A DNA stretch of 64,000 bases, taken from Eutreptiella sp. 'Long Island Sound 2002'. Lineage: Eukaryota; Protista; Euglenida. The DNA lies in contig OZ038378.1 in the NCBI GenBank assembly GCA_964036045.1, positions 21,948,001-22,012,000 of the forward strand. The letters run 5' to 3'. Position 1 is the first letter of the stretch. Each line of letters starts with the position of its first letter. This document shows, in pieces, positions 1 through 13,330 of this stretch. The notes beneath the pieces are model-generated. The model had not been told where the DNA came from. It saw only the letters and a program-made list of their open reading frames with translations, and searched no databases. The translations under genes were made by a program, and so were the position numbers.

Positions 1-2548
1 CACACATTGTGGACACTATGCTCATGGTGTGGACACTGTAGACAACTGCACTGCCAAAACGCACTGTCAGAGCGAGAACCTACTGCATATCTGCTTTTCG
101 ACCTGTTGTCTGCACACAGCACGGCATCAAGAAAGTGGTGCGGGTGACCAAGCCGCCCACAGCCCTTGACGGGACAAAAGACACCATGCATTACGGCGTG
201 GCCGTCAAGGCCCAGGAGAGGGGGTGGAGGGGATCAGACACCAAAACCCCAGACACCGTTCTGGGCCATAACAGAAAGCAACTTGTGCGTTTCACGTGTA
301 TGCACTCCGTCACAAGCTTTATCACAACAGTGCCGCATGAGGCATAGCACTGTGGGGCATGGCCCAAGGTACTCGATCGACCCTACCACACGCCTCACCA
401 GCAGAATTAAGAGAAGCGTGCTGCCTACCCCCCACCCCCTCCCCAGCAGCCAGCCCCAGCGAAGATTGTGGCTTGTGGACGGGTGGTGAGGCACAACATG
501 AATCGTGTTAGAACAGAAAACTTTTTGGCACCGGGTCGTCCCATTCCACCTCTAACAAGAGTGGGGGGGGGGGGGGGCAGACCTGGAGATAGTGCGTATC
601 GCCGCTAACGCGAGATACACAGATACCCACTTTTTTTGTGCGATACACAAACGACACACACTTCAGAAGCCTGGGACACATGCGTGTAACATGAAATCCA
701 CGAAGAGAGAAAAGAGATCTTGGCCACCCCCCCACAGGTAACATGTCACCATCACTGTACCAAATTTTGCAAATCGCATTCATGATGAGACGACTGACAT
801 GTGGAAAAACACACACACAGGGAATTGAACACATACTCCCTGGTTCACCAAACGCCTGCCTCAATAACTGAACAACAACTACCAGCTTGCAGATCAGTGC
901 AACAGAGCGTTCTTAGCTTGAAGTGATGTCCAGACAAAGCGCAAATCCAGCGCAATCCAGCATCGACTGCCCAAAAATCCACCGCAAAGTAGACAGCTGG
1001 GTGGGACACACATGTGATACACACTCTTGACAGTTGGGATACACAAATGATACACACCCCCGAAGCTTGGGATACAGTGTGACACAGAAATGTCAGTTTG
1101 TGGCATACACTCTATCTCCAGGACTGGTGGGGGTGGGGGGGGGGGGGCTGCCCCGTGCCCCACAGCCCCGCAACAGACGACACAACAACAGTGGCCGCCC
1201 CAATGTCTGCCCCCAAGCCCTGACCGCAACAGAGCAAGTCAACCGAGGCCCAAAATGCACCGAGCAGCCTGTGCGCTGTATTGCTTCAGCTACTTGTTCA
1301 AGCTCTGATCACTGCATGATGATGATACTGCCGCAGCATCACCCACGTCCAGCGCATGTACATACCATCGGGTCATCCCCAACCCCATGGGCACCCACTT
1401 CGCAAACCTGCAGTAGATTGAGGTAATCCAAATGGGTGGGTCGTGCATTGTCATTTCCGTCCTCGGCAGCTGCGAAGGTGCGCATCTGCACATGATGCGG
1501 CGACGGGTACAGCATCCCTTCATGCCGAAGTGGCACAGGCGGGATGTGGCTTGAACACAGACATCAAGATCAGGCCCTTGGTGAGCCCACAAGAGCAGAA
1601 GGGCGGGAGGGGGGTCATCTGGCGCCTTGGTTGGGTGTCCTGTCCCCGCACTCACCCGCAACCCCTCCTCCTGTGACCCAATCATCAACCGCCCCATCCC
1701 CCTTTCCTGGGGGGCAGTGTACCTGTGCACCTCTGACCCAACTTGGCTGTAGTTCAGAGGAACGATGCGAAAAGCTACAGCAGACACTTCACATGCCGCA
1801 TTTCACTGCCCGCCAAGCCCCAGCCAACCCCACCCCAGGGAAGGGGGAAGGCAGGGAGTTCCTTCAACTCACTAAAGGGCTCCTCACACCCAGAAGAAAG
1901 CTTGGCTGTTAGCCATCATTCAGAGGAGAAGAATGACAGAAAAAATGGAAGGGCTACAGTAAATTGTCTGGCACCACCCCATATAATGGAGGAAACTGTT
2001 ATGCAAGTTTTCTTTTCGCTGTAATGCATAATTGTTTTTGCTACAATACACAACCTAACAATACGCAGAGAAGGCAAAAGAAGCAAGTATTGTTTTTAGT
2101 AATGTGAGTGGACTTTTTTGTATGATCATGAACTTTGTTATGACTAGGGCATCGACACTTGCCAGTTCTGTACGGCACCGCAGCGGCCCTAACAACGGGG
2201 ACGCCAAGTAGCACGTGTACAGTCTTGCGCTGTTACACGGTGGATGTGCACAAAAGAAACAAATTGCTCCTATGCATTGATATTCCTTTGTCAATCTTGC
2301 AAAATACAAGGTTCCATTCTACCACCCCTACTAACCCCTGCCACCTCACGAGGCAGACGATGGCTGCATCTCTGCTACGGTCTCAGGGTCTCTAAAGCAG
2401 GGATGCAAACGGTGGCTGAATAATCCCTCCCACCTCAGGGTCCCTGAAGCGGCGAGGCAAAGGATAGCCGCAGTATCCGAACAGGCATGGGTTCCCTGAA
2501 ATGATTATTTGTTTTACGAGTATATTTTGTCACTATAATGTAACACCC

Positions 2549-2627
2549 CCAAACCCTTGGGTACAACTTACCCAACGGCTTTCACACGCCCACAGAAAAC
2601 ACCAAAGTCCTAAACCACCTGCCAATG
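2549..2627 (+). repeat. 79-bp dispersed repeat, copy 1 (copy 2 at 4971-5049)
   Basis: ccaaacccttg.gtacaactt.cccaacggc.ttcacacgcccacagaaaacaccaaagt...gccaatg, about 90% identical by eye. Confidence 0.85.
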
Positions 2628-3571
2628 GCAGGTGCACATCGTGTTTCCATCCATCGGTGTCTTACCTCGAGAGTCCCTAATCTTAGGGACTGCAGGAGAA
2701 TCTGGAGGCCACGGCATTACTTAGGGCGCCGGTCGAGTAGCCACTTCAAGCCTTGGATTTCAAACGCATGGGCGCATGGGATAAGAGCGAGGTGCCCCAG
2801 CGTTTGGTCCGACTGGCGTCTTTTGACCCATTCAGCATATACATTTGTCATATTGTCTGAAAACAGGCAATGCAGCTCATCTTTTTGGGTCCATTTGTCG
2901 GGGCTGTGAAAGACAAAAAATACGCATGTTTGTGGCAGCCATGCTGCCCAGCATGTGCACACAACGGGCTGCATGAGCAACAACTCATGCGGCAGGCAGC
3001 GCAGCTTGCGGTCTTGTCGTGCCATTATGGCTGCTTGTCTTACAAACTGGCACAGAGTTACCATTGGAGCGTTCAGAAAAGGTGTGGAACATGCTTTCTG
3101 TGCATTGCCTTTTCTTCCCACTCCATCTATCTTGAAAGCGACAATAGAGAATTGCGGTTATACTGTCGTCCCATTCTGTGCAGGGGCATGGTCGGACTGG
3201 GGTGCCAAAGAGCGTACTTATGGGACACTGCAACATGATGTTTGCAACACAGGGAAAAAGGATACAAGTGGAATGAACCCTACAGGTGTGCCGAAGGCGC
3301 GGGAGAAAAAAATGGCCCAAACGAAAAAAGGTTCCCAGAACCCTGATTCTTACGTGATTTAGAGCGAGGGGGGAGGGGGGAGGGGGTCCAGGGGAGGGGG
3401 GGAAGGGGTCCAGGGGGGAGGGGTCCCCCCACCCCTTGCCAAAATGACAATTAAAGCAACGCCCTGCCTCCCCCCCTCCCCGGGCCTGAGCGTGCAGAAG
3501 GCAGTGGGGTGGGCACCAGGTTCATCCTCCCACCGCCCCCTTCTGGTCTTGGAATTGAAAGGAGCCGAGAC

Positions 3572-3799
3572 CTGTTCTGAAGTCTTGATCTCCGACAGCA
3601 TCCCAGCCAATATCCCACGCCTGGGAGAGACCGCTGGCCCCTGGGCGTTGGCCTGTAGGACGCGGAGCGCCGCAGACACGGCCTCAACTGGCGCCATCAA
3701 AGCGGTGGGATGCAAAGCAACAATGTCATCACAGAAATCATCGAAATTTTGGTCATTGTTCAGCAGCTGTCTGATGTGATTGCCGCGGAAGCTCGTGAC
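3572..3799 (-). CDS. Exon of coiled-coil/EF-hand gene (start of a further EF-hand module: VTSFRGNHIRQLLNNDQNFDDFCDDIV...)
   Basis: Acceptor ttcAG at 3801-3800, phase 0, in frame with upstream exon ending PKTVVK. Donor CAG|GTCTCG at 3571 is weak, so the 3' boundary and later exons are uncertain. Confidence 0.7.
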
Positions 3800-4289
3800 C
3801 TGAACACGTGTGCAGCATGAACTGGGTAGGAGACTATTGCGTGTTTGCATGTGGCGTGAGCAGTAAGGGCGGCGTCACCTCACCTGACCTACACGGTGAC
3901 AGTTGCACACAAGATTTCCATTCCTCAGCTGCGCTGCCCCTGACTTCGCCCTCCCTCCACCAGTCACATATTCGACCGTCCAACACTGCAGGGGATGTGG
4001 CTCCACATCAGTCAACATCAGCCTGTTTTATGAAAATCCGGCAGTCGGCGCAGCCGTGTGTTGGAGGGTGCTGGAGAGGGTCAGTGACTCGCTGGGCCCT
4101 GCTGTGCTGGCAGACCATCAGCATCAGACTCCGCCAATGAACGCCACAGCGCCGATGAGCGTCACAGCACCATTGGTCATGTCCCAATCGCCCTCGGGCA
4201 GCTACCACTCACTAATCAAGACTGTATATTGGGACCGAGCTGTGGAAGGGCACTGGACACGAGACTAGACACCGCATCAGTATCCACCT

Positions 4290-4600
4290 ATGACATGTGT
4301 GCATTTGGGTGCTCTCACCTGCATGCACGCTGCACTCTGCACAGGCACTCTGCAAACCACACAGCACACAGCAAACTACACACCCTGCACGTTTGCACAA
4401 TCCAACTTGCACTTTGCAAACTGCATACTGTGCACTATGCACAGTACATTGTGCACCCCAACCACTGTGTACTGCGCACCGTGCCCATTCCACTGTGCAC
4501 TGCACATTGCACTGAGCACCTCTGGTCTACACACATTGCACCGCACAGTTGCCATGAACCGCATCAGACACTTGCAGAATGCAGCGTGCACACTGATAGA
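4290..4600. repeat. Degenerate TGCAC/GTGCA/CACAG simple-repeat block
   Basis: Dense tgcac/cactg/gcaca motifs. Similar blocks at ~11400-11900, ~35860-36050 and ~36560-36630. Confidence 0.75.
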
Positions 4601-5753
4601 CAGCGTCCCTACGTTTTGCAGCAGGGTAATGCAGTCGTTGGGGCATTTGAGGGGTCCCTAAATGATTGAAGGAGTGGTGGGGGTCGGCTGTGGCAAGCCG
4701 GGACTGCATCTCTTGTAGTGCCCTCGAGCCGAAGCCTGCGTCCAAGGTCTTGGGTGCAGGAAATTCATTGGGGACAAGAAGGAAGAATAAGTGATGAATT
4801 TTGTGCAGCGTTATGAACTATCTTTGTCCGCCCTGCAAACATTTAAGAAAATTTGTCCCACTGTTTTGGTTTGTTTCAATGCATATGGCACCCACCATGG
4901 ACTTCCTCACTCAAAGTAGAAAGACATACCTGTTTTGGAAATTTTTGACAGTTTTGGACTGTATCTACCTCCAAACCCTTGTGTACAACTTCCCCAACGG
5001 CCTTCACACGCCCACAGAAAACACCAAAGTGCTAAATCGCTTGCCAATGCGCTAGTGCACGACTGGTTGTGTTCCCCCCCTTCACCGCCTTTTGCCACAC
5101 CAAACCTACGTGGACCGGCATCCGTACATACAGCGGGGGGGAGGGGGACTGCGGGGGTCAAGCAAACCCTTGGTCAAACCTCGGTGTGCTCAAGGGAACA
5201 CCCTGGGCCCACCCTAACCCCTACGGAGCAGGTCATCCTTCAGACGCCGGCGACGTGGTTGTCATTGTGGGCTATCCTGACTAAAACCAAAAAAAACGGT
5301 CCTCAGGGACAAGCCTGGCCGTGGACGTGCAGCACTGGAGGATCATGACGGGAGAGCGGCCTTCATGCACCCAACCACCAAGGCCGGTATGTGCAGCCGT
5401 ACAACTACAAGCGCCATTTGAAGTCCGGGGAGACCTGTCCATCTGCCGGACAAACGATGCGGACAGAACCTCTGGAAGACTGCACTGTCCAACGAAGTCG
5501 TACAATGAGAGCTTCAGAAACCAGCTCCCCTAGAGAAGGCGTGACTTTGTGTCTGGCACCCTCCAGAATACCCTCAGCCAACGAGCCGCAGCCGACCAAG
5601 ATGGTGACCGTGCTGGAGAATTGTCACCGCTGTGGGGCTATCTTGAAGACGGACAGAGTGGGGGTCGCGCGCTCAAACCGGGCCTCCGCAGCCCCGATCC
5701 TGGGGATTGTGCCACCTCTCTCAACCCTCAGTCGGTCATCACAGAAGCCACAC

Positions 5754-5984
5754 CTTCACAACGGTCTTCGGGCGGGAGTAAGTGACAGGATTGCGGTGCA
5801 GCTGGGTTGCCAGGTTCCTGATGGTCTGCATAGTTAATTCACGGAACTCTGAGTAGTCGGCGACAAATGACTCCCCGTCCTCAGTGGCATCAGAGTCATC
5901 CCAACGGGCGAACATCTGCTGTGCAACAGCCGTTGGGGGCAGCCCCACGGCTTCCCCCATGGTACGTGCAGCTTCCAGGACCTC
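5754..5984 (-). CDS. Exon of coiled-coil/EF-hand gene (EVLEAARTMGEAVGLPP...LATQLHRNPVTY...VVK)
   Basis: Acceptor cccacAG, donor AAG|GTGTGG, 231 nt, phase 0-0. Degenerate EF-hand (ARWDDSDATEDGESFVADYSEF). Confidence 0.85.
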
Positions 5985-6769
5985 CTGTGGGCAGCACAGA
6001 GAGAGGGATAGGGGAGAGGGATGGAGCATGCTGCTGCACGGTCCGCCGTCACAATGGACTGTCAAGGAGAAGCCAGGGGAAACGGTCGGATGTCCAGACG
6101 ACGCCAGTAGATACACTGAGGCGTCAGGGAGCCCCCGCATTGAAAAACAAAAAAGGGAAGTGGGTGACTGCACACAAAATCGTGTTCGGGTGGTAACCAA
6201 CGGCGATTGGGCAGTGGCCGACGGCGGTGGAAGAACAAGGGAAGGCGCTCGGACGGCAGCCGACGGCAGAAAAGGGCATGTGGTTGATCCCACAGCACTC
6301 CGGCAGTGATCGTACCCTGACCCCGGGGGGAGGGGGGGGGGGACTCCGTTGGCTGCAGAGATTTGGAGTTGGGCAGACAGCGATGACGCGTGCAAAGCGA
6401 GCCCAAGAGCTCAAGCCTTCCTGGACCTGTGGCCCAAGGAAAGCCCCTGCCTGTTGCTGTGTGGCGCTCGTGTACCCTCCACCCCACACCCCTTTTGCCA
6501 GACCGGCGACAGCCAGGGGGAGGGAAAAGGTCGACATGGATCCAGGAAATAGGGCAAGCAACCTCTGCCTCTGCACCTACCCCCCCCCCTACCCCCTCTG
6601 TCGGCCCAAATTTAAGCCACCACAAAGCGAGGGTGCAAGCCGTGGGCTGGCCTCCCGTTGGGAGCCAGGAAACGGGGCGGCAGGCTGTTGCTACCCTCCC
6701 CTCCCCCCCTGGGGGAAAGGGGAGGCCAGGGAGAACGGCTGCCCCTCCCCCACAAGCAACAAGGCCTCA

Positions 6770-7200
6770 ACCGGTCCCGGGATCACAGGTAAAACCCCAC
6801 CGCGAGACAAACGCCAGGAAGTCCCCGTTTACCCCGCGCCATTTCCCACCACAGGTCCCGGTGGTTGAGTGGTTATGCATCCAACCACGCATCCAAGAAC
6901 CCCCAGTATGAATCCCGGGAGCATAAGTTGTACCTCACCTGAGACAAACGCCTCGCAGTCCCAGTTTTCCCCGCGCCGTTTTACCATCACGGGTCCTGGT
7001 GGTTGAGTGGTTATGCATCCAACCACGCATGCAAGAACCCCCAGTTTGAATCCCGGGAGCATAAGTTGTACCTCACCTGAGACAAACGCCTGGAAGTCCC
7101 AGGCCTTTGTCCAGCCCCCTACCATCCTTTCTCACCCGGCATCAGGGAGCACAGGTTGTACCACACGTGTGACAAACGCCTGGAAGTCCTCAAGGCATGC
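6770..7200 (+). repeat. Tandem 138-bp units with a tRNA-like head (SINE-like array)
   Basis: A-box-like TGGTTGAGTGG at 6862 and 7000, B-box-like AGT(A/T)TGAATCCC about 33 nt downstream. Partial units on both sides. Confidence 0.7.
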
Positions 7201-7849
7201 CCTGGCCCCTGTACATGCTTGTCTGCCAGGGAATCGGGTCACAGCCGCCGTCCCGGAATGTCGGGGCCAGCAGCTGGTCGCAACTGTTATGCGGTGCCCA
7301 TACACACGCGGGCTCACTACCACTACCACTACTCCCCCCCCTACCCCTGCGGGGGTGGGAACAAAGCGAGGTGCTGACCCCTCCCCCCGGGCAGTTGGCA
7401 TCCCCTCACCCCAGAGCACGGGAGCACGAACGGGCCACCGGCAACAAAGGGTTGCACCCCGGGTAACTGGGCTAGGCGCGGTGTGACTGTGTGACCCGAT
7501 GTGCCTCGGGTAGTGACAGGATCTCGCGTGAGCACCCACACACACAGGCACGGCAGCGTCTCCCGCCCACCAGCGCTTCGGCAAGGTCCGTGGGGGCTGA
7601 GACCGTTCGGCATTGGCACCGGACCAGCAGGCGGCTCAGCCCCGGTGTCCGGCACAGAAGGCAGCCACAACCCGGCACCCTGCCCCTGTGTGAGGCCCGG
7701 TCCCAACCCGACCCAAACCCCGCACCTACCGCCCCCCCTCCCCATCCCCCTCCCCCGGGTACAGCGCCCAGGTTCCCAACAACTGCCCCAGCCGACAGCA
7801 CCGCGGCACAATTGGTCCCATACCGTTGTGGCGGTGCGGTGGGAGGGGG

Positions 7850-8560
7850 CTGAAACAACAACCATCACCGCGTAGGCGTTGGTGGAGTCGCCCTGCATGT
7901 GCACCAAGACCAGGGCTGTCCTTAGCACCCACCAAAAAAGGGCCCGGCCTGTGGTGCACTCAACCTCCGCAGAACGCCAGCCAACGAGTAACTGCTGTCG
8001 TTCATCGGCGGGTGGCGCTGGGTGGGCACGGGTGCCAACTGTGAAACGGAGGGGTGCTGCTCCTGACGAGACGTTTGGACTGGGTGTTGGGGGATGGGCT
8101 GGGGGCTGATGCGGGCATTCCCGGTGTGGCGCTCCCCTGTCAGTGCCTTCAGTGCGACATGGGGGGGTCCTCTTGTGAATGGGGTGTCGTGCTTTTGCTT
8201 CCGTTGTCTGTCCGGTGGCATTACGCCTGCAATGGCACAAGACATTGGTGTGAGGGCTCCCACCAATGTGAGAGGCACTGCCCTTTGGGCGTGGACCATC
8301 TGCACAGACCTGGGAGCCTCCCAGCGACCCGGTCCGGTGCAAAACCTCCTCATCCGAGACTTTCTGAATGTGTGGCGGGCACTCCCCAGCCAGCGCTCCC
8401 CGGCTGTGTACTCAGGCATCCCCACACAGCGAAGTTTGGAGGGTACTCTGATGTGGGAACTGTACCACAGGGCCGGGGTGGGTCCGGGTCACCTGCTTGA
8501 AGGAGGCGGGAAGGGGCCATCAAGGTGGGCACGGTGTAGTGCAATCGAGCCATGTGTTGC
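7850..8560 (+). mobile_element. Degenerate non-LTR retrotransposon (APE endonuclease) remnant
   Basis: Frameshifted motifs in the expected order: GALN (GDFN-like), VPTVKRR, TRRLDWVLG (RLDY-like) and a possible SDH remnant. Stops present. Confidence 0.4.
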
Positions 8561-9123
8561 TGCTCCGTGCACTTGCCCGCTGCTGCTCAGGCCTTTCAGG
8601 AGATGATTGCGCCAAAAGGTGCGTGCGCGCTGCACATGCCCTGCGAGGCGTCACATTGATGTGTATTGTCTGGTGCTCTGCTGCGTGTCTTCCGTTTGCA
8701 GCCACAGGCTGCGCTGGGGCACTGGCCCGTGACCAGCGCCATGAAAGGGCGGAGGACATTCTTTTTGGGCCCGCCGGTTGGGGGCTGGCCCCGCGGGGCG
8801 TGACCCTCCCCCCTTCCAATGCGTCCCGTCAAGCGCCAGCCCAGGGGCGTGGCTGTGGCTGCCGCTGCAGTGCGTCACTCCCAACACCCCCTCACACACC
8901 TCCTGCCCCCAGACAATGGGCCAAGAGTTCGATAACGAAACGGTCAAACGGCGGATCCCACGGGCTGTGCTCATGCGCAAGACATGCTCAGACACGCGAC
9001 CCGTGAGGCAAGGCCCGCCCGAACCCCCGGGACACACTACCCCTGTACCCCCCCCCCCACACACACACACTCTCTTAGACACCAACACCCCCTCATCGAC
9101 CCGCTTCCCCCCGACGGACACAC

Positions 9124-9606
9124 TTTGCGGGTCAGCATGGCACTCCCCTTGTCGCGCCGGACGGCCAAGAACTGCGCTGTCAGGGCGTCGTCCAGCTGCA
9201 CGTCATCCTCCAGCAGCCGCAGCGCATCAGCCCCGTCCGCCGTGACCACCTCCCGCTCGTCGCCCTCGTCTTGGGCCAGGGCGTCCGCCAGTTTCAGGAA
9301 CAGGACCCGACACGCCTGAATGAACTCGCGCTGGTCAATGGTGTCGTCCTCGTTGGGGTCGAGCCAAGAGAACACCTCCTGCTCCCCGTCCGGTCGCCCC
9401 ATCAGCTGCGCGATGTCGCGTATGAGCGGCATCACGTCATTGAGCGTCAGGCGGCCGGTGCCGTTGACATCCAACTCGGAAAACCGATGGGCCATGGAGT
9501 CTTCGAACACGGCGATGTTGTTGACGAAGGAACGGATCACGGAGCCTGTGATGGAGGGGCCGCGGGCCTGGCTCTGGAGCCCCGCGTGCAGCATCGGCAA
9601 AACCAC
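9124..9606 (-). CDS. Exon of coiled-coil/EF-hand gene containing an EF-hand pair
   Basis: Acceptor ccccttcAG|GTG, donor AAA|GTGTGT, 483 nt. Loops DVNGTGRLTLND and DPNEDDTIDQRE. Confidence 0.9.
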
Positions 9607-10990
9607 CTGAAGGGGGAGATGACAGTAGCAGTCCCGAGCTCATATTTGCCCAATTGCCCGCACACTAACCAATGCCCCGTTCCTTACTGTAAGCCCCATG
9701 CGGCCAATGCCTGCCACTCAAGCTTGACCCCAGCCCAACATCGTGAACATGGCGAAAGGGAATGAAACACCATGCAGTATCAGTATTGTGGAAAAGTGCA
9801 TGAGACTTCGACTTTACTGAATCTGCAGCAGCGCTGGTGCACACGGCTGCCGTTGTAGCAGTGCTGCTGGTGTAGCGGTGCTGGTGGTGTGACATTGAGT
9901 GTGTCACAGTGCTGGCATGGCTGGAAGCTGGTGGATATCCCTAGAAGCAGAAAGTGTGCATGCCGTGTGTCGTATGTGTACATTGCTGTGTGCCCATTCA
10001 TCCTGACAGTCGCCAAATGTGTATCGAAATGTGTCTCCTGCCTGACCCAAAATTCATTGAATGCCGTGCTGGCTTTCATCTTGGAGTGCACTGTGCACAA
10101 GGACACCCCGCAAAAGCCTACACAGGGGGGGGGGGGGGGATACTAAAAGGCGCACGGGTTTGCATGCACGGCGCCTGTTTGACAGCAGGACACCCTGGCT
10201 GGGCAAAAAATATGGCCGAAAAATGGAAAAAAAAAACTCAAACAAATGCCGTCGTCTACTCAAGTTTTAGACAAAAAAAAGGCTGTTTGAGGTGACCCTG
10301 CTTCAGCAGAATAGCACGGGGCCGTCAGCGACAACAGCCCGGCCCATGCACTGCCTGGCAGCTGCTCGGGCCCAAATCCGACTGCGGCCAGGGGCCAACA
10401 GATGGGGCTGAGGTAATGCCAGCACCCCGCCGCCATCAGCAGCAGCTCACACAGTGGACCCTGACCGCCACCACCCCTCACAAATAGTGTCAAGTACAAT
10501 AGTACAGTCATGTGCACTACGGCACATTCAACAGCTGCTCCAACTCAGTTGCCCCAATGTCCGTCAGAAGCAGCTACTGGATGTCTTTGGTGCTACTATG
10601 CCCTAGTGTACATTACTGTTACGGGCCACACTACTGATAATGGTGTCCGGTGCTCTTCTATTGGTGTGCCTGTCCCTTCCACACCTTGAAAGACAATTAT
10701 TGGGAACACTTCCGCAACGTCTCACGCTACCGATTTTATCATTTTATCATTTTCAGGTGCCGTGCTTTCCATTCATAGGCTGTGTGTATTTTACGGTGCA
10801 AGTGCTGTAAAAGTCTACAACACAAGCGTCATAAAAAAGGCAATCGGATGTGTCAAAAAATGTTGGTCAGCACACTACCTTGGCCAAAATGCTTTGGCGA
10901 TACAATTTTTTCAAAAACAGGAAGTTTTTGGTTCAAACGGTTGGTGGGAAACGCGTTTCAATGAAGACAACTATTGTTTTATGACAGGCT

Positions 10991-11168
10991 CCCACCTTGC
11001 CCAAGGGTGGTACCTTTCTCACTAGCACGGACAGCCACCTGGCCTAGAGTGGTGTCGGACATAAATAATCAATACAATTTTTGAATCGAATTTTGGCCCA
11101 CCTGCCCACCTTACCCAAGGGTGGATGGTGCCTTTCTCTCACAATACTCCCACCTTGCTCAAGGGTGG
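10991..11168. repeat. Three copies of imperfect palindrome CCCACCTT(G/A)C(C/T)CAAGGGTGG
   Basis: Copies at 10991-11010, 11105-11124 and 11149-11168. Confidence 0.8.
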
Positions 11169-11929
11169 TGTCCCACTTGTATCATTGCCTGTATGCAATA
11201 CATGTGCATGCAAAATACAACTTCATGATTGCATCTACAACTGGTCTTTTCAATTTTTTTTTGCTGCGCCTCCTCATTATTTTTACAGTGCTTGCTCCAT
11301 TTTTTCCAACGAAAAAAGTCACTGATCAGGGGCCTACGTGCCTGCCAAGTGGGGAAAATGCAGAACAGATATGCACAGCGGACGCACCACTACCGGGACA
11401 CCTGTGCATAGTGCACCCAAGTCCATCTGGAGACCTCAGGCCTCTTTCTGTCTCCCTGTACCACACCTCAATAGGTGCATCCAGTGCACTATGTGGCTCA
11501 ATATGTGCATGTATATGGCTGTGGAATACTTCTGGCAATGTGTGCACAGTGTGTAGTATTGTGTGTGGTACTTGCAGTACTTGGTGCAGTATGATGTGCA
11601 GAACTATTTGCAGCACGTCTAGCGCTACATGCAGCACGGCACTACATGCAGCACGTCTAGGACGACGTGGGATACTATGTGTAGCGTTACGTGGAGCAGT
11701 TTTGTGCGCAGCGTACGCGTACATATACTACATGTCACTATGGTCAGCACAATGTGTAGCACTGTACCTCGCACAACATCCAGCACTATGCATCCTGTAA
11801 TACTAAGTATGGTATTGTGTGCAGTACGATGTGTAGCACTACGTGTACCGCATGTACTATGTGCAGCACTACACGTATGTGTTGCAGCATGTGTATCTAA
11901 CAGGAGGCAGGCACATCAGGCACATCACC

Positions 11930-12075
11930 ATGGTTGTAACCCCTTTTGGACCCTATTTTGGTCCCAAAATGGCCGATTTCAAGCCTTTGTGAATCCTTTT
12001 CACCACGGGCTCAAAACGGGCCAAAACCACTTGTTTGAGCATCCCATGTGCTCGAGGAACGACAAATTCTAATCT
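11930..12075 (+). repeat. Partial copy of the ~350-bp CCACTTGTTTGAGCA repeat family
   Basis: Shares aaaatggcc...aaaccacttgtttgagcat with 44455-45560 and, inverted, 48450-49150. Confidence 0.7.
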
Positions 12076-12325
12076 GGCACAGTGTCATTGTCATTGCAAT
12101 GTACCATCAATACCGCCTCCATACGTTGGCAGACCAGCGATCATGGCAGTGACGGCGTACTACCGGCCGGCACACGGGCCAGGGGAATTACGGACGGCAC
12201 AACCGTATGATTCCATGCGGGCACAGCCCACGTGTCAGAAGTGCACTGGATAAATGGCATGTGCACGGCCTGTGCGTAAGGAGTGCAGTGGACAAAAGGC
12301 ACGTGCACTATGTGAGAAGCTATAC

Positions 12326-13330
12326 CGGCTGCCGGTCCAAGAATGCGGCGAAATGCGTCATGGCGCCGCGGAGGGTGTCGCGCATAAATGTGTCGGCATC
12401 GTTGTCCCGCAGCTGCAGATCGCCTTCAGGGAAAAGGGCGTCGCACTGTCTTTGCAGCATCAGCCGCTTCAACTCTGGGCAATCCTCACCCTCGTCAGCG
12501 GAGCGCAGAAGCGCTTCCAGATGCCGCGACGGCAGTGCAGCCTCCCAATCCTCATGCTCCTGCTGCGCACGCACGGTCGCACCCTTTGCCAGCTCAAGCT
12601 CCTCCGCGAGGGCCTCACTGCGATGCACCTCGGCCTCTATGGCCGACTGCAACCGCTTCCCTTCGGCCGTCGCTGCCGCCGCATCCGCAGTGTGCGCGCG
12701 TGACTCGTCCGCCAGGGCTGCTCGCAGCCGCTCCGCTTCGGCGCTCGCTGTCTCCGCGTCCGCCGCGCGCGCGTGCGACTCACTCGCCAGCGTCTCATGC
12801 AGTCGCTGCACCTCCGCCTCCGCGGCTGCGGCGTCCGCCGTGCGCGCGCGGCACTCACCCTCCAGCGCCACGCGCAGCCGCTCCGTCTCAGCCTCCGCGG
12901 CCGCAATCTCCTGCTCCGCGACCCGCACGGCACCATCTGCTCGATGCTGCACCCTCCGAGCCAGCCCCTTTTCGAGCTGCTGCACGAGGTCAACCGCCGC
13001 AACTGCCTCCTCCCGGACAAGAAACAGCACTGCTTCCACCGCCGCCAGCTCCAACTCGTGCTGGGCCGCGCTTGCCCCGGTCCGCCACTGCTGAAGCCGT
13101 ACCTCCTGCTGCGCCTCTTGCAGATCCGCCTGTACTTCCACCTTCCCCGTCGTGGCCTGCTGCACTTGCACTCGCAACTCGCCTACCGCCTCCTCAAGCG
13201 CTGCATGTGCCTGCTTGGCAGTGGTGGCAGCATCGGCAGCGGCAGATTGCTGCTGCAGGGCCTCATGTCGCGCTTGCTGCAGGTCGGCCTCGGCCTTGAG
13301 CTTCGCAACATTACACTCTTGCACTTGGAT
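12326..13330 (-). CDS. Large coiled-coil exon with 4 x 25-aa repeats, ending in an EF-module-like segment
   Basis: Acceptor ccccctcAG|ATC. A/E/Q/R-rich ORF with GC-rich third positions. Donor CCG|GTATAG at 12325 removes the apparent stop at 12320. Confidence 0.85.

Noticed and set aside
5610-5700. TnpB/Fanzor-like CxxCG...D tail (NCHRCGAILKTDRVG)
   Set aside because: No upstream CxxC pair, no RuvC-I or RuvC-II motif, and the ORF is only 148 aa.
6180-6480. RNase H-like motifs (AVADGGG, LAAEI, WADSDDA)
   Set aside because: The motifs lie in different frames with implausible spacing. At most an unidentifiable retroelement remnant.
7341-8342. 333-aa minus-strand ORF
   Set aside because: G/R/P-rich antisense reading of a GC-rich retroelement remnant.
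10991-11168. CRISPR-like palindromic repeats
   Set aside because: Only three copies, with spacers of about 94 and 24 nt, in a eukaryotic context with no cas genes.
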